Source of the DNA: Nemertoderma westbladi
Lineage: Eukaryota > Animalia > Xenacoelomorpha
NCBI GenBank assembly: GCA_032718475.1
Contig: JAUCBJ010004882.1
Coordinates: 1 to 46,514, forward strand
DNA length: 46,514 nt
Reading direction: 5' to 3'
Shown: positions 22,277 through 33,915 of the stretch, one piece after another
Position numbering within the stretch: the stretch's first letter is position 1
Layout: each line of letters starts with the position of its first letter
Program-made: the position numbers and the translations under genes
Notes under the pieces: generated by a model
Database searches by the model: none
The model's input: the letters and a program-made list of their open reading frames with translations, nothing else
Told to the model about the DNA's origin: nothing

Positions 22277-25099
22277 ATGGCGATGGCAGAATCTCATCTG
22301 AGTGTTCCTGGAAACGAAAGCGAGGAAAATAAAAAAGATGAAAAATCAACAAATAAGGATTCCACCAGTTTCACAGTGGCCGTTCGAATAAGGCCGCTGA
22401 CGGACGATGAATTGCACACCGGTCAAACCAAAATAGCCCACCAGGTGGAGAACAAGTTTGTGGTACTGATGGACCCTACGGAAGATCCCGATGATGTACT
22501 GCGCGCAAACAGATCGCGCGAACGCCAATACGTGTTCGACTGGGTGTTTGACAGTAACGCCTACCAGAGACAAGTTTATGAACAAACGACAAAAGCACTG
22601 ATAAATTCCGTGATTAATGGATTCAACGCCACTGTTTTTGCTTACGGGGCGACGGGTGCAGGTAAAACATATACGATGTTAGGATCGGACCACGATCCTG
22701 GTATTATGGTACGTTCCATCAACGATTTGTTTGAGGCCATGGAGAAGAGCAGTGATGAATACAAGTACTCAGTAGACATGTCTTATTTGGAGATTTACAA
22801 TGAAATGATTAGGGATTTGTTGGCTCCAGAGAGCGGATATTTGGATCTAAGGGAGGATTCTAAAGGAGGATGCCACGTGGCGGGGTTGTCTTCAGTTTCA
22901 ACAAAGTCAACCAAAGAAGTAATGCGTCTACTGATGATAGGCAACAAACAAAGAACGCAGGAACCTACAGCTACTAACCCAACTTCGTCTAGATCGCACG
23001 CAGTTCTTCAGGTAACTGTGCAACAGTTTAACCGAATTCGGCTTCCTTCGGAGGATGTGAATGTCGGTAAACTATTCCTTATCGACCTTGCTGGAAGTGA
23101 ACGTGGATCGCAGTCCAAGAACAGGGGTAAGCGCATGGTAGAGGGGGCACATATAAATAGATCATTGCTCGCATTAGGTAACTGTATAAACGCTCTGAGT
23201 GACAGGCACAGTCGTCATAGCTACATCAACTATCGGGACTCCAAACTAACTCGCTTACTTAAAGATTCTCTGGGTGGAAACTGTAAGACCGTTATGATTG
23301 CGAACATTAGTTCGTCCACTAATTGCTTTGAGGAGTCGCGCAACACGCTTCTTTATGCGGACAGAGCGAGAAATATAAAGACTAAAGTTCGCCGCAATCT
23401 CACAAACGTTTCCTACCATATCGCTCAGTATACAAGCATAATCTCCGACCTTCGGAATGAAATTGTCAAATTAAAATCGAAACTTCACGAGCATGATGTA
23501 CGCAGGATGCACAGCCCCGCCCGTTTGATACAGACGGTACAAAAAGAGATGCAAAGTTCCTTTCTACATGAGGAATTCTCCCAACTGAAAGACCAATTGG
23601 TTTTGTGTTTCACTGATCAGACTGATTTGAGACGCAGTTTGGCTGATTTGGACGCCACTAATATGGACATATCCATGGACATTAGTCGTCATTTACTGAC
23701 AATAGCCGACTGGGAGCAAGAAAAAACCAAGAAAGCCATTAGGGAGAAGGCACTGCGAAGAAATTCTATTCACGATAATAAACTTGACAGTTTATTTAAG
23801 CAGCAGGAACTAGAAGGTATTGGTTCAGATAATCTAGAAGAACCTGGAGATGTACTGTTAGCCAGGGTAGAAATTAACAATCTCCTTTCTGAACAGAAGC
23901 GGTTGATAAGATACAAATTAGAATTAGAGAAGAAACTGGAGAGTGCAGAGAACCGGGCTCATCGAGTGCTTGATGTGATTAACAACAAGGCATCCTGCAT
24001 CGATCATCAGGAAATCACTAAGCTCCTGATAAAATGTCACGAACTTGAAGTTGAGAACATAGAAATGTATCAAGCATCTTTGCTCAGAGAGCATATGCTT
24101 CGACAAAAGGATATGACGATAGCGAGGTATGAAAGCCACAAAAATATTTGCGATGAAATTATACTGCTGCAGAAGGTGATGCTGGATGATAAAATTGCTG
24201 TGCCTAGTGTTGAGTTGGAGGAACTTTACGAGCTGTACAACCAAGGCTCTGAAGATCTCACCATAGGAGATATTCCTAAGACGTCATTACTAAGGACTGA
24301 AGGTGACTTGGATAGGCTTCCGGATATCAGTCAAGTCAAGTCGGGTCAAACAGGTGGGGCAGACTCCTCCATGTCTGATAAGCTCTTCACAAAATCAAGT
24401 TTCTCGACCGCCAACATTCGACCCAGTTTCCTTGTCGCTAAGCAACCATCGATTACGTCACTAACTACCTCAATGGACAATTCGCGGCCTCCTTCAGGTT
24501 CACAACACCATTTGGAAGATTCGATTGGTCCAATGTCAAACGAACGTCGAGAAATAATGACGAACACAAAGAGCATATCGGCAATCGCAGCGAGGAAAAG
24601 GAATGACAGAGTTCAGGATATCATAGATAAATACGACCTTTCCGATGTAAACAACGCTACTAAAGGAACAACGCGACTTGCAGCCATCCGAGACAACCAA
24701 ATGGGAGAGAAAAGTCCTTCGGAGGAATCCATGACGTTCCGGCGCGGTGGTTTAAAACGCCCGGGGTATCAGCAGAGGCAAAAGTTACACGTTCGGATAT
24801 TCGACCCAACCGAAATGCCATGGCAACAACCAAAAATCGCGATAAGAGCTAATAAACGTGAGAACAAGTCTAACCCCAATTTATTAATCAGTGAAGAGCC
24901 GTCATTGGACGATTTCAGTGAGTTGTACAGTACGGCTGATAGGGGGCGTACGGGCCATCTGCGATTCTACCGAAGTAACCATGAGAGTGGCGCCCCCAAA
25001 AGGTTGACAGCGGGGCCCGTAGTTCCCAGAAACAGTTTGGCAGTAACAGGATTCACCTTGCCCAGGGATCATCTCAAACTGTCCCACAGAAAGCTTTAA
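22277..25099 (+). CDS. KIF19: Kinesin-8 family motor, KIF19-like (940 aa), intronless
   Basis: N-terminal motor domain with P-loop FAYGATGAGKT, SSRSHA, LIDLAGSER, HINRSLLAL and YRDSKLTRLLKDSLGG. KIF19-like segments LRANRSRE and NVSYHIAQYTSIISDLR are followed by coiled coil. AATAAA occurs just after the stop. Confidence 0.95.
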   Translation: MAMAESHLSVPGNESEENKKDEKSTNKDSTSFTVAVRIRPLTDDELHTGQTKIAHQVENKFVVLMDPTEDPDDVLRANRSRERQYVFDWVFDSNAYQRQVYEQTTKALINSVINGFNATVFAYGATGAGKTYTMLGSDHDPGIMVRSINDLFEAMEKSSDEYKYSVDMSYLEIYNEMIRDLLAPESGYLDLREDSKGGCHVAGLSSVSTKSTKEVMRLLMIGNKQRTQEPTATNPTSSRSHAVLQVTVQQFNRIRLPSEDVNVGKLFLIDLAGSERGSQSKNRGKRMVEGAHINRSLLALGNCINALSDRHSRHSYINYRDSKLTRLLKDSLGGNCKTVMIANISSSTNCFEESRNTLLYADRARNIKTKVRRNLTNVSYHIAQYTSIISDLRNEIVKLKSKLHEHDVRRMHSPARLIQTVQKEMQSSFLHEEFSQLKDQLVLCFTDQTDLRRSLADLDATNMDISMDISRHLLTIADWEQEKTKKAIREKALRRNSIHDNKLDSLFKQQELEGIGSDNLEEPGDVLLARVEINNLLSEQKRLIRYKLELEKKLESAENRAHRVLDVINNKASCIDHQEITKLLIKCHELEVENIEMYQASLLREHMLRQKDMTIARYESHKNICDEIILLQKVMLDDKIAVPSVELEELYELYNQGSEDLTIGDIPKTSLLRTEGDLDRLPDISQVKSGQTGGADSSMSDKLFTKSSFSTANIRPSFLVAKQPSITSLTTSMDNSRPPSGSQHHLEDSIGPMSNERREIMTNTKSISAIAARKRNDRVQDIIDKYDLSDVNNATKGTTRLAAIRDNQMGEKSPSEESMTFRRGGLKRPGYQQRQKLHVRIFDPTEMPWQQPKIAIRANKRENKSNPNLLISEEPSLDDFSELYSTADRGRTGHLRFYRSNHESGAPKRLTAGPVVPRNSLAVTGFTLPRDHLKLSHRKL

Positions 25100-25681
25100 A
25101 TTAATTAATAAACCTTTACTTAGATGTGACCCTTTTTTTTTAATCCGCCCCTTTTAAAAACTATTTTAGATTCTCGTACGGAGTGAACTATTATGCTGTG
25201 AAATTTTGTAAATGTTTGTAATTTTTTTTAAACATCTAAATATTTTGAAGAAAATTATCTTGATGTTATTTATTACTGTAATTAAAGTACTTTAGTTTTC
25301 AGTACTACTTTAAACACAAGGATCGGCTGTAAAGCAGTATTTTCTTTAGCAAAAGTTGTAAAAATAATTATCAAAAGTTGTAAAAAAATTAACTGAAGTT
25401 TTAGGTATTTGGGAACTTTTATACAACATATCGCGTAAAACTTTAGGAAATTTGTATACAACTTAAGCTGATGAAAGTCATACTCTAAAATCTTTGCTAA
25501 TTAGTAATATAAAGGAAACATGGTTGCAATGGAAAATATTTCGTAATTATTTTAATATGTGAGGTGGGGAGGGGAGGGGGGTGGAGAATCTCCTTTAATA
25601 CATGTCATTTTGCGCCATTAACTCCCCTATAAGGCCATCAAATAGGATGCCAGAGCAAATATTTAATTACAATTCAAGTAC

Positions 25682-26680
25682 CAGGATGTGGTGTGGGTGG
25701 CTGGGAGCAAATCCCAAATCGGCGAATTAATATCTCGTATCAATGTCAATTATCAATTAAGGGAATGGAGCAGGTTACGGTGGCACGTTATTCCAACCAA
25801 AGTCAATAGAACAGGTTACCGAGAGTAATCGTTCCCTGGATATAATCCGGATTGGCTGCAGTTAATTAGCGCTCAAGGCGCTGTATAATATTTTCGTTCA
25901 TTAAATATAAAGTAGGCCAACATAAATTAATTGACAACATTACGCTGTACAGTATAGACAGACACAAAGAGCAAATACTCAAAACAATTTAATATGCAAA
26001 GCAAACGCTAAGTTAAAGTATTATAATGAAAATATCAAAGGTTATGTACAGTATATAACTGAGATATATTATAAAAATATTGGCACATTTCTAGCAACGC
26101 TTCAGTCCGACAAAATTAATAAATATAATAAGAATAACCAAGCCAAGTGGAGGCCTATTTTACAGTAAAAGCACACAATATTAATTTAATATGTTTAAGA
26201 GTTATAAAATATTTATTTACGATTTATTATTCTTTGTGCAGTATGTTAGGTGATACAGGTCTGCCGTACTCCCGCAAAGACTGCAGAGGCAACTTGAAGA
26301 TGGGGGATGAAAACCCTTGGTGAGGCATATAAGATGGTGAAAACCAATGGCAGCTGTAGCGAGTCACAATGTGGCGTTTTGGTTGCAAGCAATCCACCCA
26401 GCTCCTGTCTGTGAAGGCAATGGAAGACCAGAATTCAGGATTTATTTCCGCATATTTTGAGTCCAATGTAACTTTGTACAACCGGAAAGCGTCTGAATAA
26501 TCGAGACTGAGTTGAGATTGCAATGAGACACAAATCGGTTGACGATTACATAGAGCAAATACTAGGTGGTTGCGGGTCGTTTTGTGCAGTCCCAGGCAGT
26601 CCTTTACCTAAATTGAGAATTTAACATTGAGGCGGGATATTAATTCGCCAAGGCGGGTTTTGCGTCCATTCTCCCCCCTG
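25682..26680 (-). mobile_element. Decayed Tc1/mariner-like DNA transposon relic
   Basis: Imperfect inverted repeats at ~25707..25768 (GGCGAATTAATATCTCGTATCAATGTCAATTATCAATTAAGG) and ~26601..26664. Internal ORF 26227..26523 has PEFWSSIAFTDRS, resembling the first-Asp motif (W..V.F[ST]DES) of Tc1 transposases. Confidence 0.5.
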
Positions 26681-26759
26681 TCTCCAAAAAGACGTATAGC
26701 GGTTGATAATGAAAGATTTCTTGGCGATTTTATCGAATATATTGATGTCAGAGCTTTAC

Positions 26760-28780
26760 ACAATGTTGACTACTTGTAAGTTAAATGGCAAGCTAAATTC
26801 ATCAATGCTATTCACTGTACAATTAATAGACGGTGGTGCCGACTCACGTATATCGTTACCTAATGTGCAGTCAAATAGTAGTAAATGGCTTTCTGTTTGA
26901 ACACTCAAGTTGTCGCAACTACACACGCGATTTATCCGAGGGATTCTGGTCCACCTGCCCCTCTATTTTGCTAGATTGTGTGACATTAATCTCATTCTAG
27001 TGAAAGATATGCGAGTGTATTCCGGGATAAACAGATTGTACAGCAGTAAACAGGGTGGCATTTTAAATCTGGGTTTATCTCTGTTTTGTAAGTCTCAAAT
27101 TTTGTAGCGGTGCTAGGTTTTTTTCTCACTCTCTCTCTCAGCAGGCTGAGCGGTGCTCCCGCTTTTATTTTTGACGCCTCTGTTAGGATTTTATACGCCG
27201 GTGTCTTTCCCGTTGCTGCGACAGTGTGTGCCTGTGAATAGGGTGTTGAAATACCATGGGGTTTTGATATGAAGCGTTGCCTGGCAACAAGCTCTCTCCA
27301 GGCCACTACTGGCGGCAACCCGGCCTCAATGAGACACAGGTCGTTTGGCGTCTGCTGTTGAGCTCAACCGGACACAAGTCCCGAGAAAGCCATGATTCCG
27401 CACCATACAAAAGGGTAGAGACTACACATGCTTCAAACACTCTGAGATTGTATATAAAGGGCATGGAAGGGTTGGCCTTGCAAAAAATTGTAAATTTATT
27501 CGACGCTTCTTCACAGCGTTTCTCATGGAGTGTAAAACCATGTAAAACAATTGGACGCTTGTCCATTTCGCTACCGTTTACAACGAAAAACTTAGTCTTA
27601 TCGTTGTTTATATCCATGCCTGAGTAGTACTTTCAGTTTGGCTATAAGTGGTTCCCGCGTAGTTGCCAAAATGACTGTAGCCATCCATCAGTAGAAAAAT
27701 ATGTAAAGCACAAAGAAATCCATCCTCCTTTATAGCTAATCTAATCATAGTTACCATTTTGTTTAAAAAAATACTTAATAATTTTCAACTTGTAGGTGCA
27801 CCTTGCCGAACACCTATTTTTTAAATTATTATTATTGCACCATTTAAAATGTTCTTCGTACATATATACATCGATTTTAGCACCAACAACATAGTTCTAC
27901 CGCAGCCAATATCGGCCAGGTATTCAAAAAGCTTATCTCTAGAAACTCTATCATATGCTTTACTATAGTCAATAAAGCATACGAATCATTTATTTTTTTT
28001 GTACAAAGCAAAATTGATTATAAGTCAAAGAGCCAATATTTGTTGAAGGCAACTTCTGCCCTTTTGGGCTTCTGCCTGGCATGGGTCAATATTGCACCAT
28101 TCCAAAATACGTTTATGTAATATTGAGTCGTATATTTTTGCACGTGTCCATTAATGATATTCCCCTATAATTCCCACAGTTATGTCTGTCTCCCTACTTA
28201 AACAGCATTGTTAATTTACTGAAACACCACTCTGTTGGATACCAGCATCGTAAAAATATCGCGTTTAAAATACCTAAGATAAACAAAAGCCACAATCCCG
28301 GCAACCTCCCAATTAACCCTGGGCTTAATCCCCTATAACTTTTACCAGTGCCTAAATCGCTGATAACTTCCGCGAATTCTCTATTTGAGATTTCATCATC
28401 TAAAACCGGTATATACGGCGAGTTAGGGCAAGGATTGTTACTGTTATCGACCGTAAAAACTTCATGGTTAAGAATAGATTCTATATGCTGTTTAAATTAC
28501 CCTTCCGATGGAGTTTCTGTGGAGTGTGTCTGTTCCTTCCGATGGAGTTTCTGTGGATGTGTCTGTTCATTGGGTTTGCCTTTCCAGTTTATCGTCCCCC
28601 AAATCGCTTTCGGGTCGTTCTTTTGAAACAAGTGCAGTGCACCCATCTATTATCATTCGAGTTTTCCGCCCATTTATTATCTATTCCTTTAAGTATATGG
28701 GAAGAAACCCGTTCGGCTACACCGCACTTTCCAAATAGGTGCTCACCCTCGAGGGGAGTGCGCGAGCGAAGTGGATCCGC
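26760..28780 (-). mobile_element. Decayed non-LTR retrotransposon of a second family (LMDD-type RT with C-terminal Cys/His motif)
   Basis: Minus-strand fragments occur in the correct order: KNDPKAIWGTINWKG, PYIPVLDDEIS, NYRGISLMD, KAYDRVSR, GVRQGAPTS, frameshifted LLMD(D)TVILATTR (~27661..27694), INNDKTKF, STLLYGAESW, RLMSHNLA.*RGRWTRIPR..RVCSC...VQTESHLL. Many stops and frameshifts. Confidence 0.85.
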
Positions 28781-28781
28781 G

Positions 28782-29796
28782 CCGGTTCCACCGCAATGCC
28801 CCTGTTCCACCGCACTGCCCCCGGTTCCACCGCACTGCTCCCGGTACCACCGCAATGCCCACGGTTCCACCTCACTGCCCCCGGTTCCACCGCACTGCCC
28901 ACGGTACCACCGCACTGCCCCCGGTACCACCGCAATGCTCCCGGTACCACCGCACTGCCCCCGGTACCACCGCACTGCCCCCGGTACCACCGCACTGCCC
29001 CGGTACAACCGCACTGCCCCGGGTACCACCACACTGCCCCCAGTTCTACCGCAATGCCCCCGGTTGCACCGTACTGCCCCCGGTTCCAACGCACTGCCCC
29101 GGGTACCACCGCACTGCCCCCCGGTACCACCGCACAGCCACCGGTACCACCGCACTGCCCCGGTACAACCGCACTGCCCCGGGTACCACCACACTGCCCC
29201 CAGTTCTACCGCAATGCCCCCGGTTGCACCGTACTGCCCCCGGTTCCAACGCACTGCCCCGGGTACCACCGCACTGCCCCCCGGTACCACCGCACAGCCC
29301 CCGGTACCACCGCACTGCCCCAGTACAACCGCACTGCCCCGGGTACCACCACACTGCCCCCGGTTCCACCGCACTGCCACCGGTCCAACGCACTGCCCCC
29401 CGGTACCACCACACTGCCCCAAGTTCCTCCGCACTGCCCCCGGTACCACCACACTGCCCCCAGTTCCACCGCATTGCCACCGGTTCCACCGCACTGCCCC
29501 CGGTTCCACCACACTGCCCCTGGTTCCACCACAATGCCCCCAGTTCCACCGCAATGTCCCCGGTTCAACCGCACTACCCCTGGTTCCACTGCACTGCCTC
29601 CTGGTACCACCGCACTGGCCCCATTACCACCACACTGCCCCCCAGTACCACCACACTGCCCCCGGTTCCACCGCACTGTCCCCGGTTCCACCGCACTGCC
29701 CCCAGTACCACCGCAATGCCCCCAGTTCCACCGCACTGCCCCCGGTTCCACCGCACTGCCACCGGTTTCACCGCACTGCCCCCGGTACCACCGCAC
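28782..29796. repeat. Satellite 3, left part (20-bp unit)
   Basis: Tandem CCGGT(T/A)CCACCGCACTGCCC with a 160-bp (8-mer) higher-order repeat starting at 29001, 29161 and 29321. Confidence 0.97.
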
Positions 29797-31995
29797 CAGT
29801 GGCGTGGTGGCCATACATCTATTCGGGAAAATTCCCGGGCCCCCTTGACGATCAGGCCCCCCGGGCCCCTCAGAGTCAGAAAATTATATTGATGTTATAA
29901 AAAAATATAGTAGTAGGTATTATACATAATTTTCAATAAAATATAAGCAACGAAACCAAAGCAATAGCTATAGAGGCCCCATGTCGCAGTTACCAAGCAC
30001 AGTACTAAACTAAGAGGGCTGGAGAGGAGGAGGGGGGGGGGGGGGGTTGCAAACGGTGGTAGGAGCACATACCAGTATTATTCTATATTGAAAAGTCCCC
30101 TCAGGCGTCAGGCAAGGCAAACTGTGTTGAAGTTACATTAGTGCCAGCCTACCAGACCAGATAGAATTCACGATGGAGACATACTCCATTTACACCTGTT
30201 CTATGCCCTGCCTCATTCATTACCCAATAATGGCCAACCTTTCTTTAGCAGTAGTCTGTAAATATTGAGTTGTTTCTTGGAAAAGGGAGCCTAATTGACC
30301 ACAGTAGGGGGGCGCCCTCTTCCCCTCTAATGCAGTGTGCTGTGTATTGGGAAGGGGTGTGTGTGTTGGGAATGCATTCGTTTCACCTGAGCTGACCATC
30401 AACCAGAGTTCAATATACCAGTCATCTCCCATGAAATAGAGGTAGGTAGGTAGGTACTCTAATGTAATAAACATGATGTAATCTTATCTGATAACGCGGT
30501 CAACGTGTTGTCTGATTGGTATGACCCTCGTGGGTTGGTTGGGTGAGTCAGAATTTTTATTTTTGTTCTCATTTTTTAGCTAAAAGCGTTTAAAAAAGGT
30601 GCCTCGGTCGTTATTGCACCAGTTATACCGCAGTTATTCTTCAACGTTAATGTGATGTGTTTGTAGGGATGGAAAGCTGAACTTGCAAGGATTCCAAATA
30701 TGTAACATAATCTGAATTTCGTTGAAGAATAGCCGAAATATGAGCGTTAGAAAGTTACATAGTTTTGCATCTGCGTGATGCTATTTCATTCTATTTAAAT
30801 AAAAACACCATATTCTGGAACATTTTGTTTGTCCAATATGTAGCTGTACAACAATGCATTCATTACATCTTTAATCATACTATTACGTAGCTATTCATAC
30901 ATTAACAAAATGTTCCAGAATGTGGTGTATTTATTAAATAGAATCTCCACCGGATTCAACAAGTCTACTTCAGTATATCTTAGTGGCGGTCCTTTTAATT
31001 TAATTTATTATTTATTCACTTTATCGTGTTTTATTGTTCCACTCCCAGTCCCATGGCTTAATTAACTTTAAAAATTAAATAGAATTAAATAGTCTCGTAG
31101 AGGTGCAACACTATGCAACATTATTGAACGCTCATATCTCGGCCATTTTTCAACGAAGTTCTACATATTTGAACCCTTTTCTCCAGCTTTCCTTCACTAG
31201 GGAGAGTGAGGGAGACTTGACTTTAGTGGAGACTTGATTTTTTGGAATAACTCAAAAACTATTGTAAATTATTTAACAATACCACACAATAATATAATGT
31301 TCAAAATACATGTAGGCTACACCCGCGAAACAATGTTGTATTACCTTTTGGTTATTTTTTATTGCCTTTAAACGTTTTCTGGGTTCAAAAGTAAATTTTA
31401 CCCTTTACAACGAATTTTACTATTATAGGCAGATATGGTTGAAGAATAACTGCGGTGTATGGTGTAACTGGTGCAAAATCGAACTTTTTTTTAAACGCTT
31501 GTAGCTAATAGTTGAAAGCAAAAATAAAAATTCTGACTCACCCACCCCGGAGTTGCTTGATTCTACCTCTATTTCAAGTTTCATGCAATCGCACTAACAT
31601 TTGTAGGCATTTCTCCTGATTAAATTAAACAGGTGTTGGACCGATGAAATTGAACTACAGCTGTTATATTGAAAAACTTTGTGAAGGAAGCTCTACATTT
31701 TGAAGCCTTTGCATCAACTATATCTAAATCGAAACTTCGCGGTAAAAAGTCAAAACTTTAAATAAATATATTGTGTACTGCCCTATCACTACTTATATAG
31801 TATTATTATGATTAATTGTGCCATTATATTTGTTTCTTCAAAACTTTATAAAAGCCTTTTTCTAGAAAATATTTTGTGCATGAGGGGCTGGGGGGGGGGG
31901 GGGGGGGGGTCAAAATTCGAGGTGATCTAGCATTTATGAATGGGCCCTTATTTTGGGATTTCCCGGGCCCCTTACTGGGTCCCACCACGCCACTG
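29797..31995. mobile_element. Non-autonomous hAT-type element inserted in satellite 3
   Basis: 14-bp perfect TIR CAGTGGCGTGGTGG (29797..29810) / CCACCACGCCACTG (31982..31995). 8-bp TSD CACCGCAC (29789..29796 and 31996..32003). GGGCCC subterminal motifs at both ends. No transposase ORF. Confidence 0.88.
30540..31544. mobile_element. ~1-kb foldback (palindromic) element nested in the hAT element
   Basis: Perfect 26-bp inverted ends at 30540..30565 and 31519..31544. Further imperfect inverted blocks run inward (~30671..30785 vs ~31088..31192; 30789..30829 vs 30904..30943). Confidence 0.8.
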
Positions 31996-32582
31996 CACCG
32001 CACTGCAACTGGTACCACCGCAATGCCACCGGTAACACTGCACTGCCCCCGCTACCACCGCACTTCCCCTGGTTCCACCGCACTGCCCTTGGTTCCACCG
32101 CACTGCCCCCGGTTCCACCGCAATCTCCCCCGTTCCACCGCACTGCCCCCGGTTCCACTGCACTCTCCCCCGTTCCACCGCAATGGCCCCAGTTCCAACG
32201 CACTGCCCCCGGTTCCACCGCACTGCCCCCCGTTCCACCGCACTGCCCCCCCCCCCCCGTTCCACCGCACTGCCCCTGTTCCACCGCACTGCCCCCGGTA
32301 CCACCGCACTGCCCCCAGTACCACCGCAATGCCACCGGTAACACTGCACTGCCCCCGCTACCACCGCACCTCCCCCGGTTCCACCGCACAGCCCTTGGTT
32401 CCACCGCACTGCCCCCGGTTCCACCACACTGCCCCCGGTTCCCCCGCACTGCCCCCGGTTCCACCGCACTGACCCGGGTTCCACCGCACTGCCCCCGGTT
32501 CCACCGCACTGCCCCCCCCCCCCCCCCCCCGCCTCGTTCCACCGCACTGCCCGCTGTTCCACCGCACTGCCCCCGGTTCCCC
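31996..32582. repeat. Satellite 3, right part (20-bp unit)
   Basis: The same 20-mer resumes after the hAT TSD, with poly-C expansions inside some units. Confidence 0.96.
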
Positions 32583-33026
32583 TAAAATTTTCAATACTAA
32601 ACAGTTGAAGCCGAAAGTTGTTGCTCTTGCTTTGTATGTTATATCTCCAGACGAATATGGTAATATAGTTAATAAAATCATGGATGTTTTAATATTATTT
32701 TGTCATATCATATTTTGTCAACTCCAATTCATTATCCCACTCCATATTCTCGAGATAGGAGGAAGATAAACTTGACGCAAATCCCATTGCACCGAATTAG
32801 AATATCGTTTCGGTAAATTAACTACGTTAATTATCAATTTAGTGTAAAAGGAGCATATTACAATTTTTTAGACCTATTTAATAGAGCAGCTTTTCTATCG
32901 GGATGGATAGGTTACTAAAATTGACTTTATGAATAATTTATTTTCGTATCGTATTTCCGAATCAATAGTTTAATTTCAATAATAATACCAGTCCTACAGT
33001 ATTATCATATGCGATCTTGTAAATTC

Positions 33027-33146
33027 GGACATCCGACGTGGGGGGGGGGGGGGGGGGGTTCTGGCAAAAACCGGACAGTCTTCTTGTACAGGGGGAGGGG
33101 GTCTGAAAATCGGGAATTTACTCGGACGTCCTTTATGGATGCCCCT
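33027..33146. mobile_element. One end of a PIF/Harbinger-like MITE
   Basis: Ends CGGACGTCCTTTATGGATGCCCC followed by TTTAG, with repeated CGGAC motifs and G tracts. The partner TIR was not found. Confidence 0.4.
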
Positions 33147-33533
33147 TTAGTATATTTTGGAAAAAAGTAAAATCAACTTTGAAGATTAGGCCAATATATG
33201 ATACCATATATTGTAACATGTTAATGACCAACAACCGATTTTAACTATTTAATACATTGAAAACGACAGCGAGGGAAGATAATTATACATCAAGGGAAAT
33301 TCATAAATGGGAAAAGTTGTTTATTTTTATTTCTTGCCACAATATTCCCTTTTCACCTCCCATTATTGAGATTACACCGGCCCATTGTTCGTAGCAAACC
33401 AGTGTACCGGTAAACGTAGGACATGCGTTGTGTATTGTATGATAGTACCAGTATGCCTAAATAACATAAATACAACAAATTCGTGTAGATGGATGAGAGA
33501 TACGGATAGCGGGTAGAGATGAGTTTTAGCTGT

Positions 33534-33577
33534 GCCAACTTATTCCTGAACCCGTGTGGGTTCAGGAATAAGTTGGC
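33534..33577. repeat. Perfect 20-bp inverted repeat with 4-nt loop
   Basis: GCCAACTTATTCCTGAACCC-GTGT-GGGTTCAGGAATAAGTTGGC. Confidence 0.9.
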
Positions 33578-33915
33578 TTGTTTCATTTACATCTATCTGT
33601 TTGTAGGAATAAAGAACTGTCATTAAACGTCAGTAAGAAATCGTTTAAAAGAGTTATTTCGTGGAATAAAATGTTACTAAATACGAAGATTGCTATAAGC
33701 TTGATGATTATTGTAATTTCAAATTTACCCGTTTAGGGGGTAAAGAAAAAATTTATACGAAAATTAATTAATCGTATTAATATGATACCAAAACCAATTT
33801 GTGATATACGAATTTCGATAAGAAATACCAAAATTTGATTATAATTATATTAAAACTAATTATGTAATTTCTTCCCAAAAATACCAACAATTAAAGACCA
33901 ATCACTGGATCAACA

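Noticed and set aside
28464-32681. Pro/His/Cys-rich ORFs over satellite 3
   Set aside because: They arise from a stop-free 20-bp unit open in all frames, the array is split by a transposon, and the N-terminal part is antisense LINE sequence.
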